A DNA stretch of 64,000 bases from Limisphaerales bacterium (GTDB taxonomy: Bacteria; Verrucomicrobiota; Verrucomicrobiia; Limisphaerales; JAYPXF01), in the NCBI GenBank assembly GCA_047608975.1, contig JBLFYM010000006.1, forward strand, positions 5,029-69,028, in the 5' to 3' direction. Position numbers and translations under genes: made by a program. Below, in pieces: positions 39,265 through 47,537 of the stretch. The notes beneath the pieces are model-generated. The model saw only the letters and a list, made by a program, of their open reading frames with translations, was not told where the DNA came from and did not search any database. Position 1 is the stretch's first letter; each line of letters begins with the position of its first letter.

Positions 39265-40531
39265 TACTGTCTCTGAGTCGGATTCCACACCCGAGGTGGT
39301 TTCGGTGGACTCTGTGGCTGAACAGCGAGCCAACATCCACCGCATGACCCCGGTCACCGTTCTCTCCGGATTTCTGGGAGCGGGCAAGACGACCCTCCTG
39401 AACCAGTTGTTAAAACATGCCGGCGAACGAAAAATTGCGGTCATTGTGAATGACCTGGGCGAGGTCAATATCGACGGTGCCCTCCTGCGAGAAGGGGGGA
39501 GCGGATCTGGCGAAGCGGTGATGGAAATCACTGACGGATGCTTTTGCTGCAACATCCAAGAAGATCTGGTGCACGGATTGCTGGATCTGGCAGGTCGCGA
39601 GCCCCAGTTCGATCACATCATCGTTGAAGCCTCCGGCGTGGGAGACCCGGAAGGAATTGTAGTTGCGGTCGATCGCGCCGCGGTTTTCATGCCCCGGCTG
39701 CGCGAGATCGTTGACATTCAATCGCTGGTCACGGTCATAAATTCACCGCTCCTCTTGGAAGAATGGCGACGCATGCAGAGCGCGGACAAGTTGGTGAGTG
39801 CCCATCTATCCCCGAACATCGAGCCCATCTTCGAACTGATGGTGCAACAAATCGAATGCGCAGATCTGTTACTCGCCAACAAGGACGACCGTCTGAGCGA
39901 AACCGACCGCGAAGATCTGCGCACGCTCGTCGGTTCGATGAACGAACGTGCCGAACTGAAATTCATCCGCGAAGGCGAACTCGCGGTGGAAGACGTGCTC
40001 GATCAACAACGTTTTGAATTGCAGACAACAATTTGCGGCGCTCGCTGGATGTCCGATCTGCGCGCGGAAAAAGAGACAACTAAGCCGTCCATTTCCATCT
40101 CCCTAGATCGGCCGTCCAGTTCTCGGGACCAAAGAGGAGCGGCCTACAATCGACATGGGCTCTCATCGTTTGTGTATCGAGCCCGACTGCCCTTCCGTGC
40201 GGCCGCGTTCACGAAGTTGATCTCGCCCCCGCTCCCCGGAGTCATCCGCGTGAAAGGATTCTTTTGGGTCGATGACCACGCTCGCGATGTCAACCTGCTC
40301 TCCATCTCCGGAAACATCCTGCGCCGAAACATTCTCGGCCGTTGGTGGATTGACCGCGTTCAGGCCGAGGAATGCGACCGTTCGGATGTGCCTGACCTAA
40401 TCGAGGCACATTGGCAAGAGCCACACGGAGATCGTCGCCAGGAACTCGTCTTCATCGGCACGGAACTTGAGGAAGAACAACTCCGCAAACAATTGGACGA
40501 TTGCCTCGCCGACTACTTCTGGGGTGCTTGA
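39248..40531 (+). CDS. COG0523 / CobW-family G3E metallochaperone GTPase (start may be ATG 39344)
   Basis: LSGFLGAGKTT, VNDLG, GCFCC (CxCC), VEASG, ANKDD, CobW_C RVKGFFW and RQELVFIG. Confidence 0.95.
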   Translation: MQKVCNTVSESDSTPEVVSVDSVAEQRANIHRMTPVTVLSGFLGAGKTTLLNQLLKHAGERKIAVIVNDLGEVNIDGALLREGGSGSGEAVMEITDGCFCCNIQEDLVHGLLDLAGREPQFDHIIVEASGVGDPEGIVVAVDRAAVFMPRLREIVDIQSLVTVINSPLLLEEWRRMQSADKLVSAHLSPNIEPIFELMVQQIECADLLLANKDDRLSETDREDLRTLVGSMNERAELKFIREGELAVEDVLDQQRFELQTTICGARWMSDLRAEKETTKPSISISLDRPSSSRDQRGAAYNRHGLSSFVYRARLPFRAAAFTKLISPPLPGVIRVKGFFWVDDHARDVNLLSISGNILRRNILGRWWIDRVQAEECDRSDVPDLIEAHWQEPHGDRRQELVFIGTELEEEQLRKQLDDCLADYFWGA

Positions 40532-40549
40532 ACTGACGACCACGAATCC

Positions 40550-41149
40550 ATGAATCCTGAGCCTCAATCCACTCAATCCAGCTCGGGCGCAACGATTGCG
40601 CTGGCGCTGATCACTTCCGCTTTGCTCGTGCTGTTTCTTTGGAACCTGATAGGCAAGCCCGGACTCCCGGTGAGCCCGCCTGACTATGGCAACCTGCCCC
40701 TGGAAGATGGCAAAGGTCAGCGGATCAACCTCACTGACTATCAGGGCCCCATCATGTTGCACTTCTTCACTACCTGGTGTGACCAATGTGAAACGATGGC
40801 ACCGATGCTCACCGCCACGAGCAAAGCCATGTCGAACGACGTTCAGATCGTCGGTGTGTCATTGGACTTGATTCCGGATTTTCAGTTGGGCGAGGCCAAA
40901 CTTGAACCCGGCCCGCGCACAGTAGAAGTGAATCAATTCGTGAAACAGAACGGCGTGGATTATCCGATTCTATTTGATCGCGACGGCAAATGCGCTGACG
41001 TGCTGGACGGGTATCAAGTCCCTGTTCACGTGGTGTTCGATTCGAACATGAACATGCTTCGACGTTTCACCGGCAAGCGAAGCGAAGAAAGCCTACGAGC
41101 TATTCTACGTGCTTGTGTCGAAGAAGACAGGAATCGGCAAGGGCTATGA
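40550..41149 (+). CDS. Membrane-anchored TlpA/thioredoxin-fold protein
   Basis: N-terminal TM, LHFFTTWCDQC (CxxC), YQVP cis-Pro loop. Confidence 0.85.
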   Translation: MNPEPQSTQSSSGATIALALITSALLVLFLWNLIGKPGLPVSPPDYGNLPLEDGKGQRINLTDYQGPIMLHFFTTWCDQCETMAPMLTATSKAMSNDVQIVGVSLDLIPDFQLGEAKLEPGPRTVEVNQFVKQNGVDYPILFDRDGKCADVLDGYQVPVHVVFDSNMNMLRRFTGKRSEESLRAILRACVEEDRNRQGL

Positions 41150-42288
41150 CCATGGACGAACAACCTGCAAAACCTAGATCCCGGGCATTCCGCATTCGCG
41201 TATCCATTCTCCTGCTGATTGGGCTTGTGGCGCTTACCCAACTTGGACGATTAAATCAGTACGCCGTCACCGAAGGCATCCTGCGATCCCATAGCCCGGA
41301 CCCTGAGATTCTGCATCAACTTCTTGGCGACGCACCAAATCCTGGCCCGCTCATAGCCCGTATCTGGGAGACGGAGAAACTCCCTCATCGCTGGGAGATT
41401 ATCAATTACCTCAACCGCAATCTTGGAGCTCGACCGGAGCTCGTGCCGATCATTGGCAACCTTGTTTTGGAGGCTGCCAATGATCCCGATGTGACCCTGC
41501 GCCTCACCGCCTTGAACTTGCTTCGCGTACTCGATCACCCGGAATGGCAAGGCATTGCTCAAGCGGCCCTGAATGATCCGGATCCAGTGGTAAACGACAT
41601 CGCCCGCGCGGTACTGAAAGACGTCGACAGCGAAATCGAGGTCCCAGTGAAACAGTATCCACACGTGAATCAGGTTCGTGGTTCGCAGTTTGACCATCTC
41701 GGCTTCAACGACTTCGCTCACCAGCCGTACGCGCTCTCTCAGTTTGAGGGACGACCGATCCTCCTACACTTCTTTGCCACCTGGTCGCCAGAGTGTACTA
41801 AGGAAATTTCTGACTTGCTCGAACTCCGGAATATTGCCCCCTCCGAATTGATTATCTTAGGTGTGAATATTGATGGCGTTCCCGGCATTCGCCATGATCA
41901 CTGCGAGACCGACTGCGAGACCGACTGCGAGACCGACTGCGAGACCGACTGCGATCACGAGGAGGAGTGCGAACACGACCACGGGTCAGCCACTCTCTCC
42001 AATATTTTCAAGACCGTCGAACGACACGTCATCATCAACGAATACAATTATCCAATCGTGTTCGATACCAACGGCTTGGCCACCGCCCAACTTGAAGGCA
42101 GCGAACTTCCCGTGCACGTCCTCCTCGACTCCGATCATCACCTGCTTCGTCGCTATGCAGGAACACGCAGCGCCCGGATTCACGACCACATCCTCAGGAC
42201 GCTGCTTGGAATCGAAGGAACTCCCGCGACAACAAATGAAATGAAACCCGTCCACACCGCATCTCCAGCAAAAAGCCAAGAACCATGA
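41146..42288 (+). CDS. HEAT-repeat plus TlpA-like (SxxC) protein with His/Cys-rich insert
   Basis: DPDVTLRLTALN/DPDPVVNDIA repeats, LHFFATWSPEC, HDHCETDCETDCETDCETDCDHEEECEHDH. Confidence 0.8.
   Translation: MTMDEQPAKPRSRAFRIRVSILLLIGLVALTQLGRLNQYAVTEGILRSHSPDPEILHQLLGDAPNPGPLIARIWETEKLPHRWEIINYLNRNLGARPELVPIIGNLVLEAANDPDVTLRLTALNLLRVLDHPEWQGIAQAALNDPDPVVNDIARAVLKDVDSEIEVPVKQYPHVNQVRGSQFDHLGFNDFAHQPYALSQFEGRPILLHFFATWSPECTKEISDLLELRNIAPSELIILGVNIDGVPGIRHDHCETDCETDCETDCETDCDHEEECEHDHGSATLSNIFKTVERHVIINEYNYPIVFDTNGLATAQLEGSELPVHVLLDSDHHLLRRYAGTRSARIHDHILRTLLGIEGTPATTNEMKPVHTASPAKSQEP
41902..41954 (+). repeat. 12-bp tandem repeat tgcgagaccgac x4 plus partial (encodes CETD)
   Basis: Four exact units 41902-41949 read directly. 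Confidence 0.97.
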
Positions 42289-42779
42289 ACCTGGAACCGA
42301 CACTGCAAGCCAATGGAACCGATCCTGGCGAGCCACCCACCAGCGCCCCCCGCTCGCGTTGGGACAGGCTTGGCTTCTTCGCATCATCGCTGTGCGCAGT
42401 TCATTGCGTGTGCATGCCGTGGCTGCTCCTGGCTTTGCCATTGCTGGCCGGCACTTGGCTGGTCGATCGCGAAATCGAACGTGGTTTCGTCGTTGCGTCC
42501 ATTCTGCTGGCGACTGCATGCACCGTTGGAGGTTGCCGGACGCATGGGAAATGGTGGCTATTGGGATTGCTCGGAGCAGGTGCCACGACGCTGATAGGAG
42601 CACACGTGACCGCACCTCCCACCTGTTGTTCCGAACACCTGAGTTGGCCAAATGCGCTGGGTGCAGCGTTCGGTGGCACTCTCCTCGCCGCTACCCACTT
42701 CTTCAATCTCCGGCTGCAACGCGGGTGGGCTCCGCCATCCGGCAATCGTTGCGTGGGTACTGAATGTGGATGCGACTAA
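42285..42779 (+). CDS. merC: MerC-family membrane protein
   Basis: WDRLGFFASSLCAVHCVCMP motif, 4 TM, HFFN end. Confidence 0.75.
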   Translation: MNLEPTLQANGTDPGEPPTSAPRSRWDRLGFFASSLCAVHCVCMPWLLLALPLLAGTWLVDREIERGFVVASILLATACTVGGCRTHGKWWLLGLLGAGATTLIGAHVTAPPTCCSEHLSWPNALGAAFGGTLLAATHFFNLRLQRGWAPPSGNRCVGTECGCD

Positions 42780-42785
42780 GCTGAC

Positions 42786-43562
42786 ATGAAAAAGATCTGG
42801 GCCATTGCGCGAATTGCATTGTTGGAAATGCTACGCCGTAAGGATGTTTACGTCGTCATCCTCCTCGCTGCCGTGCTCACCGTACTGGCGGCTTCCGTAA
42901 ATTTCTTCAACGATGACCGAATCGTAAGATACCTTCGCGAAGTCAGCCTCACGCTGGTTTGGATCGGCTCGCTGGTGCTGGCCGTGATTTCCATTGCCCG
43001 CCAATTGCCAAACGAACACTCCAACAAAACTATCCAACCGCTGCTTGCCAAACCCATCAGCCGCGCCCAACTACTGCTCGGTAAATTTGTGGGCTGTTGG
43101 CTGGCCAACGGCTTGGCGTTGTTGATCCTGTATTTTCTGTTTTTATCGGCCAGTTCCTTGAAAGGCGGGCAAATCTCCACCGTGGGTTGCCTCCAGGCGT
43201 TCTTCCTGCACTGGTTGTTTCTTGCAATCGTGATCTCGGGCGCATTGCTCGGCTCACTGATATTCACTGCGCCTTCTTCCAACGCGGTTATTGCCCTTAT
43301 CACCACCGGGGGACTGCTCTTCGTCGCGCAGCACCTGAACAAGATAGCCCTACGAATGGAGGAACCTGCGCGGACTCTTCTGTATGGAAGCTATTACTTG
43401 GTCCCTCATCTGGAATGGTACGACACCCGCCTCCTAATCATCCACAATTGGCCCCCGATCTCTTTCACCGCGATCCTGATCGCCATCGCGTACGCCGCGC
43501 TCTATTCGGGGATTCTTATCTTGGTGGCAATTCTGATTTACCGCCGAAAGACGTTCAACTGA
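42786..43562 (+). CDS. ABC-2 type transporter permease (second)
   Basis: IARIALLEMLRRK, KTIQPLLAKPISRAQLLLGKF. Confidence 0.85.
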   Translation: MKKIWAIARIALLEMLRRKDVYVVILLAAVLTVLAASVNFFNDDRIVRYLREVSLTLVWIGSLVLAVISIARQLPNEHSNKTIQPLLAKPISRAQLLLGKFVGCWLANGLALLILYFLFLSASSLKGGQISTVGCLQAFFLHWLFLAIVISGALLGSLIFTAPSSNAVIALITTGGLLFVAQHLNKIALRMEEPARTLLYGSYYLVPHLEWYDTRLLIIHNWPPISFTAILIAIAYAALYSGILILVAILIYRRKTFN

Positions 43563-43638
43563 CTGTCCCACACTCGTCGACTAAAATAAATTCAAGGTTG
43601 AACTACCAGTGCGAAAGTTGAGTTAATCTACCCGTCGC

Positions 43639-44424
43639 ATGCTGTCTCGAAGACACATCCTAATTCTGACGATAATCTGCCTCTCTCTGGTGGGAACGGT
43701 TCGACGCGCGTATTCAGCAGAAGCGAATGATGCCGGGCGTTTCGAGGCCGCGCGCCAGACCACGATTCAGTGGATGCAGACCCGCAAGGCGATCAACAAG
43801 ACGATTCGCGATTGGGCGGATCAGAAACAATCCTTGGAGCTGACGACCGAACTGCTGAACAAGGAGATCGACGTTCTCGATAAGCAGATCAAGCAGGCAA
43901 AGGATGCGAGCGCTGGAAGCCAGACGTCGCGCGAGGAACTCGAATCCAAGCTCAGGAGTCGAAGCCAATTGCTCGACTACGCTGCCAGGCGTCTGAGTTC
44001 GATCGAGACGAAGATCGCCGGAATGACCGACATGTTCCCGGCGGTGCTGAAGGAACTCGTCGCTCCCTCAATGCGCAAATTCCCCAAGGCCGACACGCAA
44101 TCACAGATTCCGGTTTCGCAGCGACTGCAGAACCTGCTCACCGTTTTCAACGAAATCGAGAAGTTCAATGCGCAGTTCACCGTCACTCCCGAGATGCACG
44201 GTTTGAATGGCACGCAGGTCAGGGTGCAGGTGTTGTATCTCGGTTTGGCTCAAGCCTTTTACGTGAGCAAGAGCGGGAAGCTTGGGGGCGTAGGTCGCCC
44301 CGGTGCAGACGGATGGATCTGGACACCCAACAACAAGATCGCGGCTGACATTTCACGGGCGATCCGCGTGTTCAAAGAACAAGCCGCTCCATCTGTGGTA
44401 AATCTGCCAGTGGAGTTGAAATGA
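43639..44424 (+). CDS. DUF3450-like periplasmic coiled-coil protein (TtpB-like)
   Basis: Signal peptide, coiled coil, QVLYLGLAQAFY, WIW; first gene of an exbB-exbB-exbD-tonB-TPR block. Confidence 0.75.
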   Translation: MLSRRHILILTIICLSLVGTVRRAYSAEANDAGRFEAARQTTIQWMQTRKAINKTIRDWADQKQSLELTTELLNKEIDVLDKQIKQAKDASAGSQTSREELESKLRSRSQLLDYAARRLSSIETKIAGMTDMFPAVLKELVAPSMRKFPKADTQSQIPVSQRLQNLLTVFNEIEKFNAQFTVTPEMHGLNGTQVRVQVLYLGLAQAFYVSKSGKLGGVGRPGADGWIWTPNNKIAADISRAIRVFKEQAAPSVVNLPVELK

Positions 44425-45830
44425 AGCCGATCATGCAAATCAGTTTGGTTTTATTGCTCGCGCTCGGAACTTTCGCGTCGATTGGGCACGCTGCGGAAGC
44501 TTCATTTGATGGTGCCTCAGCCTCTGTGCAAGCCGACCTTCGCTCCGCCCAAAAAGAACTCACCGATCTCAATCGAAAGATTGCGAACGAGAAGCTGCCA
44601 CTCGCCCGGAAGGTGACCGAGCTGGAATCTTCGACCGCCACCAAACGTGGGGAATTGGAGGCTGCCCGCGCCCAAGCCCGAGATGCGAAGGAAAGCATCA
44701 GCGGCTTGGAATCCGAAAAGGACACCGCCGATCAGGAAGTCGAGTTCGTCACCAGTTCGCTCGCCGAATTCGGACACTTTCTCGAAACCAAGATTCATAT
44801 CAGCGAACTCCGTCAATATGAGGAAGTCATCGAGCAAGCCGAGTCGGTGGCCGACGACGTAAACCTCTCCGATCGTGAACGCCTCGACAAACAACTCGCG
44901 CTGCTCGACAAGGCAGCCGACCGCATCGGCGAACTCATGGGGGGGCAGATCTTCGAGGGTCAGGCGCTGTCGGCCGAAGGTGAGTTGGACCAAGGGCGCT
45001 TCGCGCTCGCCGGACCGGTTGCTGTTTTCGCAGGAAAGGCCTACGGCAATGTCGGTGTCGCGCAGTTGGAAGTGAACACCCTCGACGCCGTGATCATTCC
45101 GATCAACGGCGGCCACACCAACCAACTTCGTGAACTCGCCCAAAGCGGCAAAGGCCTGTTTCCCATCGATGCATCCGGCGGCCGCGCGCTGCAGATCCAA
45201 GAAAGACAGGAAACCTTCGAGGAACACTTACGAAAAGGCGGAGTGGTCATGATTCCAATCCTCGCGCTCGCCGTGCTGGCGGGCTTGATGGGCATCATCA
45301 AATGGGTGCAAGTCGGTTGGCTCCGTGCACCGCTACCGCAAGACGTTGAGCTCATCCTCAAACAACTCGCGACGGATCAAAAAGCGAAAGCCATCGATCA
45401 TGCCCGCTCCCTGAAGGGGCCCGCTGGGAATCTCCTCGAAACGGCCATCAACAACGCGAACCAGAAGAAGGAGTTGTTGGAAGAAATGCTCTACGAGCGC
45501 GTCCTGCACATCCGCCCGCGATTGGAACGCTGGCTTCCTTTCATTGGCCTCACTGCCGCGATCGCCCCGCTGCTCGGATTGCTTGGAACCGTCACCGGCA
45601 TGATCAACACCTTCAAGCTGATCACCATGTTCGGCACCGGCGACGCCAAAACGCTCTCCAGCGGAATTTCCGAAGCGCTCGTCACGACCGAGTGCGGCCT
45701 CATCGTCGCAGTCACGGCCCTGCTCATTCACGCCTTTCTAACCCGCCGAATTCGCGGCTTCATCACCAGTCTGGAACAAGCCGCGGTCGGATTCGTCAAC
45801 GGCCTCGCCCTAAGCCGCGATGATCAATGA
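44421..45830 (+). CDS. Long MotA/TolQ/ExbB protein (TtpC-like)
   Basis: Periplasmic coiled coil, then APLLGLLGTVTGMI and GISEALVTT. Confidence 0.9.
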   Translation: MKPIMQISLVLLLALGTFASIGHAAEASFDGASASVQADLRSAQKELTDLNRKIANEKLPLARKVTELESSTATKRGELEAARAQARDAKESISGLESEKDTADQEVEFVTSSLAEFGHFLETKIHISELRQYEEVIEQAESVADDVNLSDRERLDKQLALLDKAADRIGELMGGQIFEGQALSAEGELDQGRFALAGPVAVFAGKAYGNVGVAQLEVNTLDAVIIPINGGHTNQLRELAQSGKGLFPIDASGGRALQIQERQETFEEHLRKGGVVMIPILALAVLAGLMGIIKWVQVGWLRAPLPQDVELILKQLATDQKAKAIDHARSLKGPAGNLLETAINNANQKKELLEEMLYERVLHIRPRLERWLPFIGLTAAIAPLLGLLGTVTGMINTFKLITMFGTGDAKTLSSGISEALVTTECGLIVAVTALLIHAFLTRRIRGFITSLEQAAVGFVNGLALSRDDQ

Positions 45831-46416
45831 CTTTCATCAACATGGCCTTTTGCACGCCTGGCATGACGGCGGCTGTGTGTTGATCCCGCTTTTCTTGCTG
45901 GCGCTCTTCATCGGCTATCACGTTTCCGAGATGCTCATCTACTTTGCACGCAGTGACTGCAAAGACTCGGAGAATACGAAGTGGAACGACTGGATCAAAC
46001 AACCCGATCAAGCCCAGGGAGAAGGGGGCGAAATCATCCGTTACTCTCAAGCAGGCCCGCAGAATGCCTGGTCCGTGCGTGAACGATTTCTCGCCGTGCG
46101 CTCCGCCCGACTTCCACGCCTCAATCAGCGGCTCGTCATGTTGAGTGTTGCCGTCACCGCGGCGCCACTGCTGGGTTTGCTCGGCACGGTACTCGGAATG
46201 TTGGAAACATTCGAAGCCATCGGTGAAACCAGCGGCAACACTTTGGACCGGATGTCGCACGGAATCTCCGAAGCCCTGATCACCACCGAAGTCGGATTGA
46301 TCATCGCGGTCACCGGCTTCTTCGGACTCTACCTGGTGCGCCGCCAACGAAATCGTTTCCGCGAATTCCTCTACCACCTCGAAAACCTCACACTGCAGCA
46401 CTGCCAGCAAAGCTGA
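45820..46416 (+). CDS. exbB: ExbB proton channel protein
   Basis: AAPLLGLLGTVLGM, GISEALITTEVGL. Confidence 0.88.
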   Translation: MINDFHQHGLLHAWHDGGCVLIPLFLLALFIGYHVSEMLIYFARSDCKDSENTKWNDWIKQPDQAQGEGGEIIRYSQAGPQNAWSVRERFLAVRSARLPRLNQRLVMLSVAVTAAPLLGLLGTVLGMLETFEAIGETSGNTLDRMSHGISEALITTEVGLIIAVTGFFGLYLVRRQRNRFREFLYHLENLTLQHCQQS

Positions 46417-46418
46417 CC

Positions 46419-46829
46419 ATGCAAAGCCGTCGTTATCTCGAAGAAGAGGAGGAACGCAACGAGGTCAACATCTCGCCGTTGATCGACATGGTTTTTATCC
46501 TGTTGATCTTCTTCATCGTCACGACGGTCTTCGTGGAAGAAACCGGTATCGACGTCGACAAACCGGTTGCCAATACCGCGCGGCAATTGGAGAAAAAGTC
46601 CATCCTGATCGCGCTCAGTGCCAGCGGACAGATCGTCTACGGCGGACGCGAAATCGGTATTCAAGGCGTGCGCGCCGTCGTCACCCGTCTTTGCGAAAAG
46701 CAGGCCATGCCGGTAATCCTCCAGGCCGACAAAAGCGTTCACGCCGACCTCATCGTTTCCGTGATGGACGAAGCCAAAGCCGGTGGAGCCAACCAGATCA
46801 GTCTCTCCACGGACTCTCCGGGAAGTTGA
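46419..46829 (+). CDS. exbD: Biopolymer transporter ExbD
   Basis: NISPLIDMVFILLIFF, ILQADK. Confidence 0.93.
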   Translation: MQSRRYLEEEEERNEVNISPLIDMVFILLIFFIVTTVFVEETGIDVDKPVANTARQLEKKSILIALSASGQIVYGGREIGIQGVRAVVTRLCEKQAMPVILQADKSVHADLIVSVMDEAKAGGANQISLSTDSPGS

Positions 46830-46832
46830 ACC

Positions 46833-47537
46833 ATGACCGCGAATTCCCCAGCAACTGAAGCGAACGCGGTGTATCACGCACCACCCCAGCGTGGTCTGCC
46901 ATTGGCCTCGGCTTTGGTCGCGACCGCGTTTGCTGGCGGCATCTTCATTGCGTTTGCCGTCTTCCAGGTTCAGCCGGTTGAACCCGAAGTTCAGGAAAAG
47001 GCCCGGCTCTTCGCGGTCGTCGAGAATCCACCTCCGCCCGTCAAGCAACCGCCGCCGCCGAAAAAGGATCAACGGGTCGAAGACACGCTCCAGGTTCAGG
47101 TCAAACCCGATCTGCAGGTACCGGTTCCGCCACTCAAGCTCAACCAGCTCAACGTAAAGCTCGTTCCTGACTTCAACACCAGGCTCGCCGGAAACTTCGA
47201 CCTGAATTTCCAATCCGTTGGGCCAGGTGTATCCAATTTCGAAGTCTTCGATCTCAGTGAAGTCGACGACCAGCCCCGAGCGCTCTTTGTTCCGCGTCCG
47301 ACCTATCCCGTTTCGCTCCGCAAGTCCGGCATCTCCGGGCGGGTCATTATTCAATGCATCATCGATTCCGAGGGCAGTCCGCGAGATCTCAGCATTTACC
47401 AATCGACCCATCGAGCCTTCAACGCAGCGGCCTTGAATGCCATCAACAAGGCCCGTTTCCAAGCCGCCACCAAGGGCGGGAGAGCCGTCGCCTCGCACGC
47501 ACAAATTCCATTCCGCTTCGAAGCTCCAGGGAAATGA
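46833..47537 (+). CDS. tonB: Energy transducer TonB
   Basis: TM anchor, Pro-rich spacer, PTYP...GRVIIQCIID...ARFQAA. Confidence 0.9.
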   Translation: MTANSPATEANAVYHAPPQRGLPLASALVATAFAGGIFIAFAVFQVQPVEPEVQEKARLFAVVENPPPPVKQPPPPKKDQRVEDTLQVQVKPDLQVPVPPLKLNQLNVKLVPDFNTRLAGNFDLNFQSVGPGVSNFEVFDLSEVDDQPRALFVPRPTYPVSLRKSGISGRVIIQCIIDSEGSPRDLSIYQSTHRAFNAAALNAINKARFQAATKGGRAVASHAQIPFRFEAPGK

